A DNA stretch of 64,000 nt from Candidatus Omnitrophota bacterium. Its GTDB lineage: Bacteria > Omnitrophota > Gorgyraeia > Gygaellales > Profunditerraquicolaceae. Where the stretch lies: the NCBI GenBank assembly GCA_025453395.1, contig JALOQK010000004.1:51563-115562 (forward strand), given 5' to 3'. A model generated the notes under the pieces. That model saw nothing but the letters and a program-made list of their open reading frames with translations. It was not told the DNA's origin and did not search any database. Within the stretch, counting starts at the first letter, position 1. Every line of letters starts with the position of its first letter. A program made the translations under genes and the position numbers. Shown here piece by piece: positions 56,363 through 64,000 of this stretch.

Positions 56363-56412
56363 ATTAGGTAAATCTAACACACTGGGGGGCTTTTGTCAAA
56401 CACAAATAGCCG

Positions 56413-57198
56413 TTAAGAACCTAGAAGATTTTCAGCGTTTTTATATAATATGCGCTCATGAAGAATCTGGGGCAGGCCCAATCTCGCCAAATACTCCAGG
56501 TCTTGCGCCTGGTCCACCAAAGGAAAATCCGTGCCAAATAATAACCTGTCCGGACGATGGCTGAAAAGAAGATCCCTTACTTTTTGATCCGGCAGAAATC
56601 CAAAGAAAAAAGAGGTGTCCAGGTATATATCTTCGCCCACAAGATATTTTTCAGCTTCTTCCCAAAGCTTAAACCCTCCAAAGTGCGCGGCAATTATTTT
56701 AAGCTTAGGGAATGCTTTCTTGATATTAATTATTCTTTTCCCGGAGGAACGCACCAGCATTGTCCCGGAAAGCTCTTCCCCGCAATGAAAAAGAACCGGT
56801 ATCTCCAATTCTTCCATGACTTGGTACATCGGAAAAGCCTTTTGATCATCGGCATAAAAGCCCTGAAATTCCGGCTGAAGCTTTACCCCATCCCCATTAA
56901 CTCTTATACGATTAAGCTCATTCTCCCATTGCGGATAATCCGGATGCATAGAACAGAACACCCGGTAACGCCTGCTTTTAATCCCGAAAAGCCAGTCGTT
57001 AATAGAGGGTACCTGTTGCGGCTTGGTGGCTACCGCGCAGATTACACTTGTATCAATATGATTCTTAAGCATGAATTTATCAAGAGTGTTTAAGGTGGGC
57101 ATGCCCACCATCTTATGCTGAAAAAGAGACTCTAGGTGTTCTCGGGCACGCTCTGCCACCTTATCCGGCCAGGCATGGGTATGCATATCAATGATCAT
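56413..57198 (-). CDS. Amidohydrolase_2-family metallohydrolase
   Basis: IIDMHTH, GVKL.P, FHCG, AAHFGG, DTS, LFGTDFP. Confidence 0.85.
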   Translation of the reverse strand: MIIDMHTHAWPDKVAERAREHLESLFQHKMVGMPTLNTLDKFMLKNHIDTSVICAVATKPQQVPSINDWLFGIKSRRYRVFCSMHPDYPQWENELNRIRVNGDGVKLQPEFQGFYADDQKAFPMYQVMEELEIPVLFHCGEELSGTMLVRSSGKRIINIKKAFPKLKIIAAHFGGFKLWEEAEKYLVGEDIYLDTSFFFGFLPDQKVRDLLFSHRPDRLLFGTDFPLVDQAQDLEYLARLGLPQILHERILYKNAENLLGS

Positions 57199-57632
57199 AC
57201 TAATTCCTGGACTTCAACGTCGGTTAAAACGCTAAAACCTGCTTTGCGCACGATTTTTTCAGCGTCTTTAATATTTTTCTCCGGAATCTCTAAGATACAA
57301 ATTCCTTTTTCTTTCGGCTGCATAACAAAACCATGGGCATCCACAATATTTATCTTGTGCCCAGACAGAACATCGGTTAATTTATACAGATTCCCGGCTT
57401 TATCTTTTATAGAAACTGCCAGGACATCCTTCATTGCCGAGGCAAAGCCGCTTTCAGTAAGCGCCAATTGCGCCTGTTTAGGATAATCAACAAATAATTT
57501 CATCATCCCGAAATCGCCCCTGTCCTGAATGGTAAAACCGATAATATTGATTTTCTTCTCGGAAAGGACTTTAGAAACAGATTTTAACCTTCCCGGACGG
57601 TTCTCAATGAAAATATTAAGTTGTTTAGCCAT
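57195..57632 (-). CDS. Double ACT-domain protein
   Basis: QLNIFIENRPGRL, INI, DFG. Confidence 0.88.
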   Translation of the reverse strand: MAKQLNIFIENRPGRLKSVSKVLSEKKINIIGFTIQDRGDFGMMKLFVDYPKQAQLALTESGFASAMKDVLAVSIKDKAGNLYKLTDVLSGHKINIVDAHGFVMQPKEKGICILEIPEKNIKDAEKIVRKAGFSVLTDVEVQELV

Positions 57633-57644
57633 TATTGCCCCCTT

Positions 57645-58961
57645 TTATAATTTATCGCGGTTATCCACTACGCGTTTGGCTTTTCCTTCAAATTCCGGCA
57701 ATACCCCGGGCTCATGAAGCTCTATCACTGGGCTTATAATAATAGAAGCCCGCAATTCATTCTTGATCTTCTCTTTGATCGTGTCCAATTGAGCAACATC
57801 TCCGGTAAAAAGCTTAGAGTATATTTCTACCTTAACAATAAGTTTATCCAGGGTGCCTTCTTTTTCCAGATGGATCTGGTAATTATTCCCCACTTCCGGG
57901 ATGCGCATGATTATTTCTTCAATCTGCGAAGGATACATATTCACGCCGTTAACGATAAGCATATCATCGGTTCTTCCGGTAATCCGCGAGATCCTGCGGT
58001 GCGTGCGCTTACATTTACAGGCACCCTTATAGACAAAAGCCAAATCTCTTGTGCGATAGCGCAATAACGGAGTTGCGCGGCGGGTAAGATGGGTTAAAAC
58101 AATTTCTCCTTCTTTTTCTTCAGGCAGGATATTGCCTGTCTTAGGGTCAATTACCTCCAGGATATAGCTATCTTCCCACAAATGCATTCCGTTTTTATAG
58201 ACACACTCAAAACTTACCCCCGGGCCGTTTAGCTCGCTTAGGCCGTAAGAATTATAGACATCAATATCATAAAGAGCCTCTATCTTTTTGCGCGTATTAT
58301 CTGAATACGGCTCTGCCCCGACATAGGCCTTCTTCAGGCAAAGGTCTTTCTTGCTGAATCCGCATTCTTCCAGCTTTGAATATATATGCAAAAGATAACT
58401 CGGAGTGGCATGCACGACGGTGGCCTTAAAATCTTTCATCAAAGAAAGTTGACGCTTGGTATTTCCTGCCGAAGATGGAATAACTGTTAACCCCGCGCGC
58501 TCTGCCCCATAATGAAGCCCCAGGCCTCCGGTAAAAAGCCCATAGGTCATCATATTCTGGAAAATATCATTCTTGTCGGCGCCGGTTGCGATAATACAGC
58601 GGGCCACCAATTCCGCCCAGTGCTTGATATCTTCTTGGGTATGGTAAATTACCGTGGGGGTGCCGGTAGTCCCGCTTGAAGTATGCACCCTGACCACATC
58701 CTGCATATTTACCGCCAGCAGGCCATTGGGGTAACACTGCCTTAAATCATCTTTACTGGTAAAGGGGATGCGTTTTAAGTCATCAAGCGATTTTATGTCG
58801 GATGCCGAACGGATGCCGGCTTTTTTCAGGCGGTGGTTGTAAAAAGCAGTATGCATCGCGTAATGCACAGACTGCTTAAGATGCGCCAGCTGCATCTTTT
58901 TTAATTCTTGCGCGCTTAAGGTTTCGGTATTCTTATCCCAATAAAATATTTCTTTAGGCAT
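57645..58961 (-). CDS. paaK: Phenylacetate-CoA ligase (copy 2)
   Basis: SSGTTG.P, YGLFTGGLG.HYG, GAEP, YGLSE..GPGV, LRYRTRD, GRTDDM. Confidence 0.92.
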   Translation of the reverse strand: MPKEIFYWDKNTETLSAQELKKMQLAHLKQSVHYAMHTAFYNHRLKKAGIRSASDIKSLDDLKRIPFTSKDDLRQCYPNGLLAVNMQDVVRVHTSSGTTGTPTVIYHTQEDIKHWAELVARCIIATGADKNDIFQNMMTYGLFTGGLGLHYGAERAGLTVIPSSAGNTKRQLSLMKDFKATVVHATPSYLLHIYSKLEECGFSKKDLCLKKAYVGAEPYSDNTRKKIEALYDIDVYNSYGLSELNGPGVSFECVYKNGMHLWEDSYILEVIDPKTGNILPEEKEGEIVLTHLTRRATPLLRYRTRDLAFVYKGACKCKRTHRRISRITGRTDDMLIVNGVNMYPSQIEEIIMRIPEVGNNYQIHLEKEGTLDKLIVKVEIYSKLFTGDVAQLDTIKEKIKNELRASIIISPVIELHEPGVLPEFEGKAKRVVDNRDKL

Positions 58962-58964
58962 AGT

Positions 58965-59396
58965 TTAAAGATTGACAATTTCTTCTTTTCCGATAACCCG
59001 GATCTTATTTTTCTTTAATAAGGCGACTGCCTTGTCCGGCTGGTCAAAGCGTAAAACAAGAAGCGCGTTTTTGGAGAATTTTTCCACAAATCCGTACATA
59101 TATTCAAGGTTGATCCCGTCCTGGGATAAAACCTTTAATATCCCGGCCAATCCTCCGGGAGAGTCATCTACTTCAATAGCCACAATATCGCTTAGATGCA
59201 CTACAAACCCCTGTTTCTTAAGGGCTTTTAGCGCCTGCTGCGGCTTATCTACTACAATCCTTAAAATACCAAAATCCTGCGTCTCAGCAATAGTAAGCGC
59301 GCGGATATTGATTTTATTCTTTCCTAAAATATCGCAGACTTCATAGAGCCTGCCCTTGCGATTCTCTAAGAATATGGAAATTTGAGTTATCGTCAT
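58965..59396 (-). CDS. Double ACT-domain protein
   Basis: QISIFLENRKGRL, INIRAL.IAET.DFGILR, PGGL, NLEYMY. Confidence 0.9.
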   Translation of the reverse strand: MTITQISIFLENRKGRLYEVCDILGKNKINIRALTIAETQDFGILRIVVDKPQQALKALKKQGFVVHLSDIVAIEVDDSPGGLAGILKVLSQDGINLEYMYGFVEKFSKNALLVLRFDQPDKAVALLKKNKIRVIGKEEIVNL

Positions 59397-59416
59397 CTCT
59401 TTCCCCTTTCATTTTA

Positions 59417-59451
59417 TCAGCTTTCAGCTGTCAGCCTTCAGCTATCAGCTA
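59417..59451. repeat. Heptamer tandem repeat (TCAGCNN)x5
   Basis: tcagctt tcagctg tcagcct tcagcta tcagcta; 34/35 identical to the 45712-45746 array; includes the paaK TAG stop. Confidence 0.85.
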
Positions 59452-60750
59452 AAGAATTCTTTTATCTATAACTCTTTTGGCTTTTCCTTCGCTTCGCTCA
59501 AGGACCTTAGGCTCAACAAGCTTAACTTTCACAAAAACACCAAGCACGGATTCAATTTCTTTCTTAATCTTGTCGGAAAGCGCGCTCAAACTCTTCATTT
59601 CATCAGAAAAGAATTTATCTTCCACTTCCACCAAAACTTCCAGCTCATCCATGTCGCCGACTTTTCGATCTACCACAAGCTGATAATGCGGTTTAGTCCC
59701 TTCAATGCCCAGAAGAACGTGCTCAATCTGCGACGGGAAGACATTGATCCCGCGCACAATGATCATATCATCTGTGCGGCCTTTGATCTTGCTTATGCGC
59801 GGGGATGTCCTCCCGCAACGGCATTTTTCATACTTTATAGAAACAATATCCCGCGTGCGATAACGCAATAAAGGAAGCCCTTCTTTGATAAGCGTAGTAA
59901 TAACTAATTCCCCGAATTCACCTTCTTTTACCTCTTTGCCGGTTTTGGGGTTTATTATTTCGGGATAAAAAACATCCGAAAAAATATGTAAACCCTTTTT
60001 ATGCTGGCATTCCTGGGCCACTCCCGGCCCGATGACTTCAGATAAGCCGTAAACATCCGTAGCAAGAATATTCCATGTTTTTTCTATTTCGCCTCTCATG
60101 GTCTCGCTCCACGGCTCTGCCCCAAAGACCCCCACTTCCCAACTGCTTTCTTTAGGGTTTAATCCCATTTCCCGGGCTTCTTCTGACATATACAAACAAT
60201 AACTGGGCGTGCAGGCTAAAATCCTGGGCTTAAAATCATTCATGATCTTTAACTGCCTTTTGGTTTGCCCCGATGAAGCAGGGATTACCGTTAACCCCAT
60301 CTCAAGAGCCCCATAATGAAAACCTAATCCTCCGGTAAACAAACCATAGCCATAGGCAATCTGGATAATGTCCCCCGGAACAGCTCCAGCGCAGCCTAAG
60401 ACGCGCGCCATCACTTCTGACCAAAGCCCTAAATCTTCTTTGGTGTAACCAACTACCGTGGGATTGCCGGTCGTCCCGCTTGAGACATGGATCTCGGCTA
60501 TGTCTTTAAGAGGGCTTGAAAAAAGATTGAAAGGGTAACTATCGCGCATGTCTTCTTTGGTGGTAAAAGGAATCTTTTTCAAATCACGCAAATCCTGTAT
60601 ATCCGAAGGGCGCACTCCAGCTGCTTCTAATTTCTTGCGGTAGAGTTTGTTATTATCCCAGATATACTGCACTTTTTTGCGCAAGCGTTCAGACTGCAGA
60701 ATTTGCATTTCTCCAGCAGACATACATTCCATATTCTCATTCCAAATCAT
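59449..60750 (-). CDS. paaK: Phenylacetate-CoA ligase (copy 1)
   Basis: SSGTTGNP, YGLFTGGLG, GAEPW, YGLSEV.GPGV, GRTDDM, EGKAKRV.D.R. Confidence 0.93.
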   Translation of the reverse strand: MIWNENMECMSAGEMQILQSERLRKKVQYIWDNNKLYRKKLEAAGVRPSDIQDLRDLKKIPFTTKEDMRDSYPFNLFSSPLKDIAEIHVSSGTTGNPTVVGYTKEDLGLWSEVMARVLGCAGAVPGDIIQIAYGYGLFTGGLGFHYGALEMGLTVIPASSGQTKRQLKIMNDFKPRILACTPSYCLYMSEEAREMGLNPKESSWEVGVFGAEPWSETMRGEIEKTWNILATDVYGLSEVIGPGVAQECQHKKGLHIFSDVFYPEIINPKTGKEVKEGEFGELVITTLIKEGLPLLRYRTRDIVSIKYEKCRCGRTSPRISKIKGRTDDMIIVRGINVFPSQIEHVLLGIEGTKPHYQLVVDRKVGDMDELEVLVEVEDKFFSDEMKSLSALSDKIKKEIESVLGVFVKVKLVEPKVLERSEGKAKRVIDKRIL

Positions 60751-61213
60751 CTTGCCCTCTCTTCCTGCCTTCTTTAAATATTTTTTTGTTTTCTTCTGGA
60801 GCGCGACCTGCAAATTCCTGCTCTATTGATTTAATCCAATTTTCCTCTTTTATCTTAAGATGCGCGGATAAAACCCCCAGTAAAAATGTATTGGCGTATT
60901 TTCTATCCTTAAGCTTATTTACTTCTTCTAAATAGCGGCTAAGGTTTACTCCTTCTTTTTTAAGAAACCCTGCAAGCCGCGCTTCTTCATCCGCATGCAT
61001 AGAAACCAAGAAATCCGCCTGGCCGTAAGGGATAAGGGGAGAAAAAATCTCTTTGCCGAAGCGAAGATGCGATTCTACTGACCCTCCGCGCTGGGCCATG
61101 CCATGCACCTCGGATTTCTTAACATGAAACCCGTCAAACATGCAGGCTACCGCGCAAATTTCCGCCATCTTTAAAATCCCCTGCCCGCCTGTGCCGCAAA
61201 AAAGTATATTCAT
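60737..61213 (-). CDS. iorB: Indolepyruvate:ferredoxin oxidoreductase beta subunit
   Basis: GTGGQG, SEVHGMAQRGGSV.SH.R.G. Confidence 0.9.
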   Translation of the reverse strand: MNILFCGTGGQGILKMAEICAVACMFDGFHVKKSEVHGMAQRGGSVESHLRFGKEIFSPLIPYGQADFLVSMHADEEARLAGFLKKEGVNLSRYLEEVNKLKDRKYANTFLLGVLSAHLKIKEENWIKSIEQEFAGRAPEENKKIFKEGRKRGQDDLE

Positions 61214-61220
61214 TTAGAAA

Positions 61221-62933
61221 TTATCCTCTGGCCTTAAGCGCGCCAAATTTACACGTCTTTACGCATAAGTTGCATCCCGCGCAAAAAGAAATCTCTATTT
61301 TAATCTTCCCGTCACTGTCCTTTTTTATCGCCGGGCAGTCCAGGGCTAAACACAGATAACAAGATTTGCAAAGGCCGGCGTCATATTCCGGATAAGGCGC
61401 CTTATCTTTTTTTATCAAACGACAAGGATAACGCGCGATAATAACTGAAAGCTTATCTTCAGAAGAGCGCTGTTTAACCAGATTCTCAAGGCTTTCAATA
61501 TCATAGGGGTTAACCACATCCACATTGTCCGCCCCGCAGGCACGGCAGATATCTTCTAAAATAAGCTTCTTGGTGGCTTCGCCTTTTATGGTGCATCCTG
61601 TAGCGGGATGCGGCTGGCTGCCAGTCATGGCAGTAGTGGAATTATCTAAAATAACCAGAACCGCGTTGGTTTTATTATAACTTAAGTTTATTAGGCCGGT
61701 AATCCCGGAATGCACAAATGTGGAGTCTCCAATTACTCCCACTACGTTTCTTCCAAGCGCCCGGGTAAAACCCTCTAAGAATGTAACCCCTGCGCCCATA
61801 CACAGACAGCTATGCAATGCCCCGAGAGGCGCAAGCGCGCCTAAGGTATAGCATCCAATATCTCCGGTAACAATCAATTTTAATTTCTTTAAAACCGAAA
61901 AAACATTGCGATGCGGGCATCCCGGGCACATGACTGGTTTTCTTGGGGCAGGTAACCCCGGAGGCCTTTCTTTGCCCTGGACAATATCCGGAATATATTC
62001 CGGACGTAATTCTCCAACCCTAAAAGATGGATGCGCAGTTTTAATCTTATTGATCCCGGCTATTTTTAGTTCTTCTTCCAGAAACGGGTCAAGCTCTTCA
62101 ATAACAAAAATATCTTTCACGCTATCCGAAAATTCTTTTGCTAATTGTCTTGGGAAAGGATACGAAAACCCCAGCTTTAAGAACGAGGCTTCGGGATACA
62201 TTTCTTTGGCATAAAGATAACCAACGCCAGTTGCAATAAACCCTAATTTTGTATCGTTTATTTCTGCGCGGTTAAGCTTGCTTTTTTCGCTTAGCTTACG
62301 CAATTTATTTATTTTCTCTTCTAAAAGGATATGTTTTTTATAGGCATTCCCGGGGACCATGACATACTTCGGGATATCAATTTTAAATTCTCTGGCAGGC
62401 GCTTCTTTTCTTTCCCCCAAAAACACATTTTCCTTGGTGTGGGCGACACGAGTAGTCATGCGCAGGATAACCGGGGTATCAAATTCTTCGCTTAGGGTAA
62501 ACGCGTATTTGACAAAGTCTTTGGCTTCCGAAGGGCTGGAAGGCTCCAATAATGGCAGCTTTGCCCATTTAGCAATCAAGCGGCTGTCTTGTTCGTTTTG
62601 CGAGGAATGCAGCCCCGGATCATCGCAAACAACTACCACAAACCCGGCATTTATCCCGGTGTAGGCAGAAGTCATCAGGGGATCCATAGCCACATTCAAG
62701 CCAACATGCTTAGAGGCATAAAGAGAGCGCCTGCCGGAAACTGCCGAGGCCAAGGCCACCTCATAGGCGACCTTTTCATTAACTGACCACTGGGAATCTA
62801 TTTGCTTAAAACAGGCTAGGCTCTCCAGTATCTCTGTGGCGGGGGTCCCGGGGTAACTGGCAGCAAATAAAAGTCCAGCCTCATAGGCGCCTTGAGACAA
62901 GGCCTGGTCGCCCGAGAGAAAACCTGACTGCAT
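61221..62933 (-). CDS. iorA: Indolepyruvate:ferredoxin oxidoreductase alpha subunit
   Basis: YPGTP, NEKVA.E, KHVGLNVA.D, SSQNEQD, CPGCPHR, GDIGCY, GDSTF.HSG, ferredoxin tail. Confidence 0.93.
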   Translation of the reverse strand: MQSGFLSGDQALSQGAYEAGLLFAASYPGTPATEILESLACFKQIDSQWSVNEKVAYEVALASAVSGRRSLYASKHVGLNVAMDPLMTSAYTGINAGFVVVVCDDPGLHSSQNEQDSRLIAKWAKLPLLEPSSPSEAKDFVKYAFTLSEEFDTPVILRMTTRVAHTKENVFLGERKEAPAREFKIDIPKYVMVPGNAYKKHILLEEKINKLRKLSEKSKLNRAEINDTKLGFIATGVGYLYAKEMYPEASFLKLGFSYPFPRQLAKEFSDSVKDIFVIEELDPFLEEELKIAGINKIKTAHPSFRVGELRPEYIPDIVQGKERPPGLPAPRKPVMCPGCPHRNVFSVLKKLKLIVTGDIGCYTLGALAPLGALHSCLCMGAGVTFLEGFTRALGRNVVGVIGDSTFVHSGITGLINLSYNKTNAVLVILDNSTTAMTGSQPHPATGCTIKGEATKKLILEDICRACGADNVDVVNPYDIESLENLVKQRSSEDKLSVIIARYPCRLIKKDKAPYPEYDAGLCKSCYLCLALDCPAIKKDSDGKIKIEISFCAGCNLCVKTCKFGALKARG

Positions 62934-62948
62934 AAATATCTCCTAAAA

Positions 62949-64000
62949 CTAAATATGCTTAAAACAATGCTCTAGATGGTCTTTAGAATACTTCTTGCCA
63001 AAAATGCTAAAAACTACAGCCGCAATAAAAGATATGGGCAAAGCTATGATTATCGGATCTACTACCGTCCAGGGGTAACTGGCTAAAGTAGGCTTATTAA
63101 ATAAAAGGTTACATAAGCCCAAGGCCTCGGATTCTTTCTGGTGAATGAATAAAAGCCAGAAAAGAGTAGCAAAAAATCCCGTGAACATGCTTGCGATTAC
63201 CCCTATGCGGGTCATGCCTTTAAAGAAAAGCGCTCCTGCGTAAGCCGGCAAAAAAGTGCTGGCGCATAAGCCAAAAAATATCGCGGTGGCGATAGCAATA
63301 ATGCTCCCGGGCAGTTTATACCCTAAGATAACAGTCGCTAAAACTCCGAGAATGATCCCGATGCGGGTAAGAAAAACACTTATCTGCGGGCGTTTGCCCT
63401 TGAAAATCGCTCCGGCAATAAAATCCCGGCCAAAAGAAGCGCCCAATGTGTGCAGCTGTGAACTTGAGGTAGACATAGCCGCTGATAAAAGCGTCAGCAT
63501 AAAAACATACACAAACCAGGTTGGCATGGCGTTATTGATATAGGCGGGGATGATTTTATCCACGTTTCCTTCGGCTGCTGCCAAAGAGATCTTCTGGAAA
63601 AGCGGATGCTGGTAAAAATAAACATTAGAAAGCGCTCCCACCACAAAGGCCACTCCGGTCATAGCCAGAATAAAAATGCCTCCGACCACTACCGCGCGGT
63701 TTATTTCTTTGTTACTTTTAACAGTCATGAACCTGACCGCCAATTGCGGCTGGGCAAGGACTCCAATTCCCACTCCCATCACAATAGTAGAAACAAGCGA
63801 CCACCAGATATTAGAATTAAACACCGGCATGCGCGTCCAGCCCTGATGGCCTAAATTAGCCAGTTTCGCCGGGACAAGATTAGCCATATTGGTTAACGCC
63901 TGATGCGCCGGGACAATCCCGCCTAACTTAACATAGGTAAACACAAGCAGCACAACCATGCCCACGAACATAATAGCGCCCTGGAATGCGTCGGTATACA
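62949..64000 (-). CDS. Sodium:solute symporter (5' end outside window)
   Basis: Frame is open to the window edge (YTDAFQGAIM); QPQLAVRFM, LSAAMST. Confidence 0.9.
   Translation of the reverse strand, partial: YTDAFQGAIMFVGMVVLLVFTYVKLGGIVPAHQALTNMANLVPAKLANLGHQGWTRMPVFNSNIWWSLVSTIVMGVGIGVLAQPQLAVRFMTVKSNKEINRAVVVGGIFILAMTGVAFVVGALSNVYFYQHPLFQKISLAAAEGNVDKIIPAYINNAMPTWFVYVFMLTLLSAAMSTSSSQLHTLGASFGRDFIAGAIFKGKRPQISVFLTRIGIILGVLATVILGYKLPGSIIAIATAIFFGLCASTFLPAYAGALFFKGMTRIGVIASMFTGFFATLFWLLFIHQKESEALGLCNLLFNKPTLASYPWTVVDPIIIALPISFIAAVVFSIFGKKYSKDHLEHCFKHI

Noticed and set aside
36-63854. Many plus-strand ORFs of 60-180 aa antisense to minus-strand genes (and vice versa)
   Set aside because: They are shadows of well-supported genes, with no motifs or RBS.

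Overview
Gene-dense chromosomal window of roughly 40% GC by eye, with most genes on the minus strand. It comes from a diderm, probably anaerobic bacterium; Omnitrophota-like is my inference from gene content and is not proven. Modules in order: pfkB/uppP/rluA/nadA; a TonB receptor; an Rrf2-headed sulfur operon (cysK, nifU, DUF39 plus NIL-ferredoxin homocysteine synthase pair, larE, birA); lemA-htpX; an O2/NO defence island (Rrf2, hcp, sufCB, FNR-like reductase, SOR, fprA, rubredoxin, Grx, TrxR); metal uptake (ZIP, feoAB); a carotenoid/quinone cluster; trpB2; housekeeping genes (lnt, secA, frameshifted prfB, pilT, uvrC, murJ, rpsT, holA, lptE, bamD); and an iorAB-paaK-ACT arylacid operon. I saw no tRNA, rRNA, CRISPR array or transposase. 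The most notable signals are non-coding or tiny and absent from the ORF track. (1) A structured RNA motif occurs three times with compensatory changes, each copy abutting a Shine-Dalgarno (before lemA, doxX and a micro-ORF). (2) That micro-ORF is 26 aa, basic and resembles ribosomal protein bL37. (3) A 33-aa Cys-containing uORF with a pseudoknot lies between an operator-overlapped promoter and the Rrf2-hcp genes. (4) A palindromic bidirectional promoter appears to drive two leaderless mRNAs, and other leaderless genes are present. (5) Heptamer arrays are fused to TAG stop codons.
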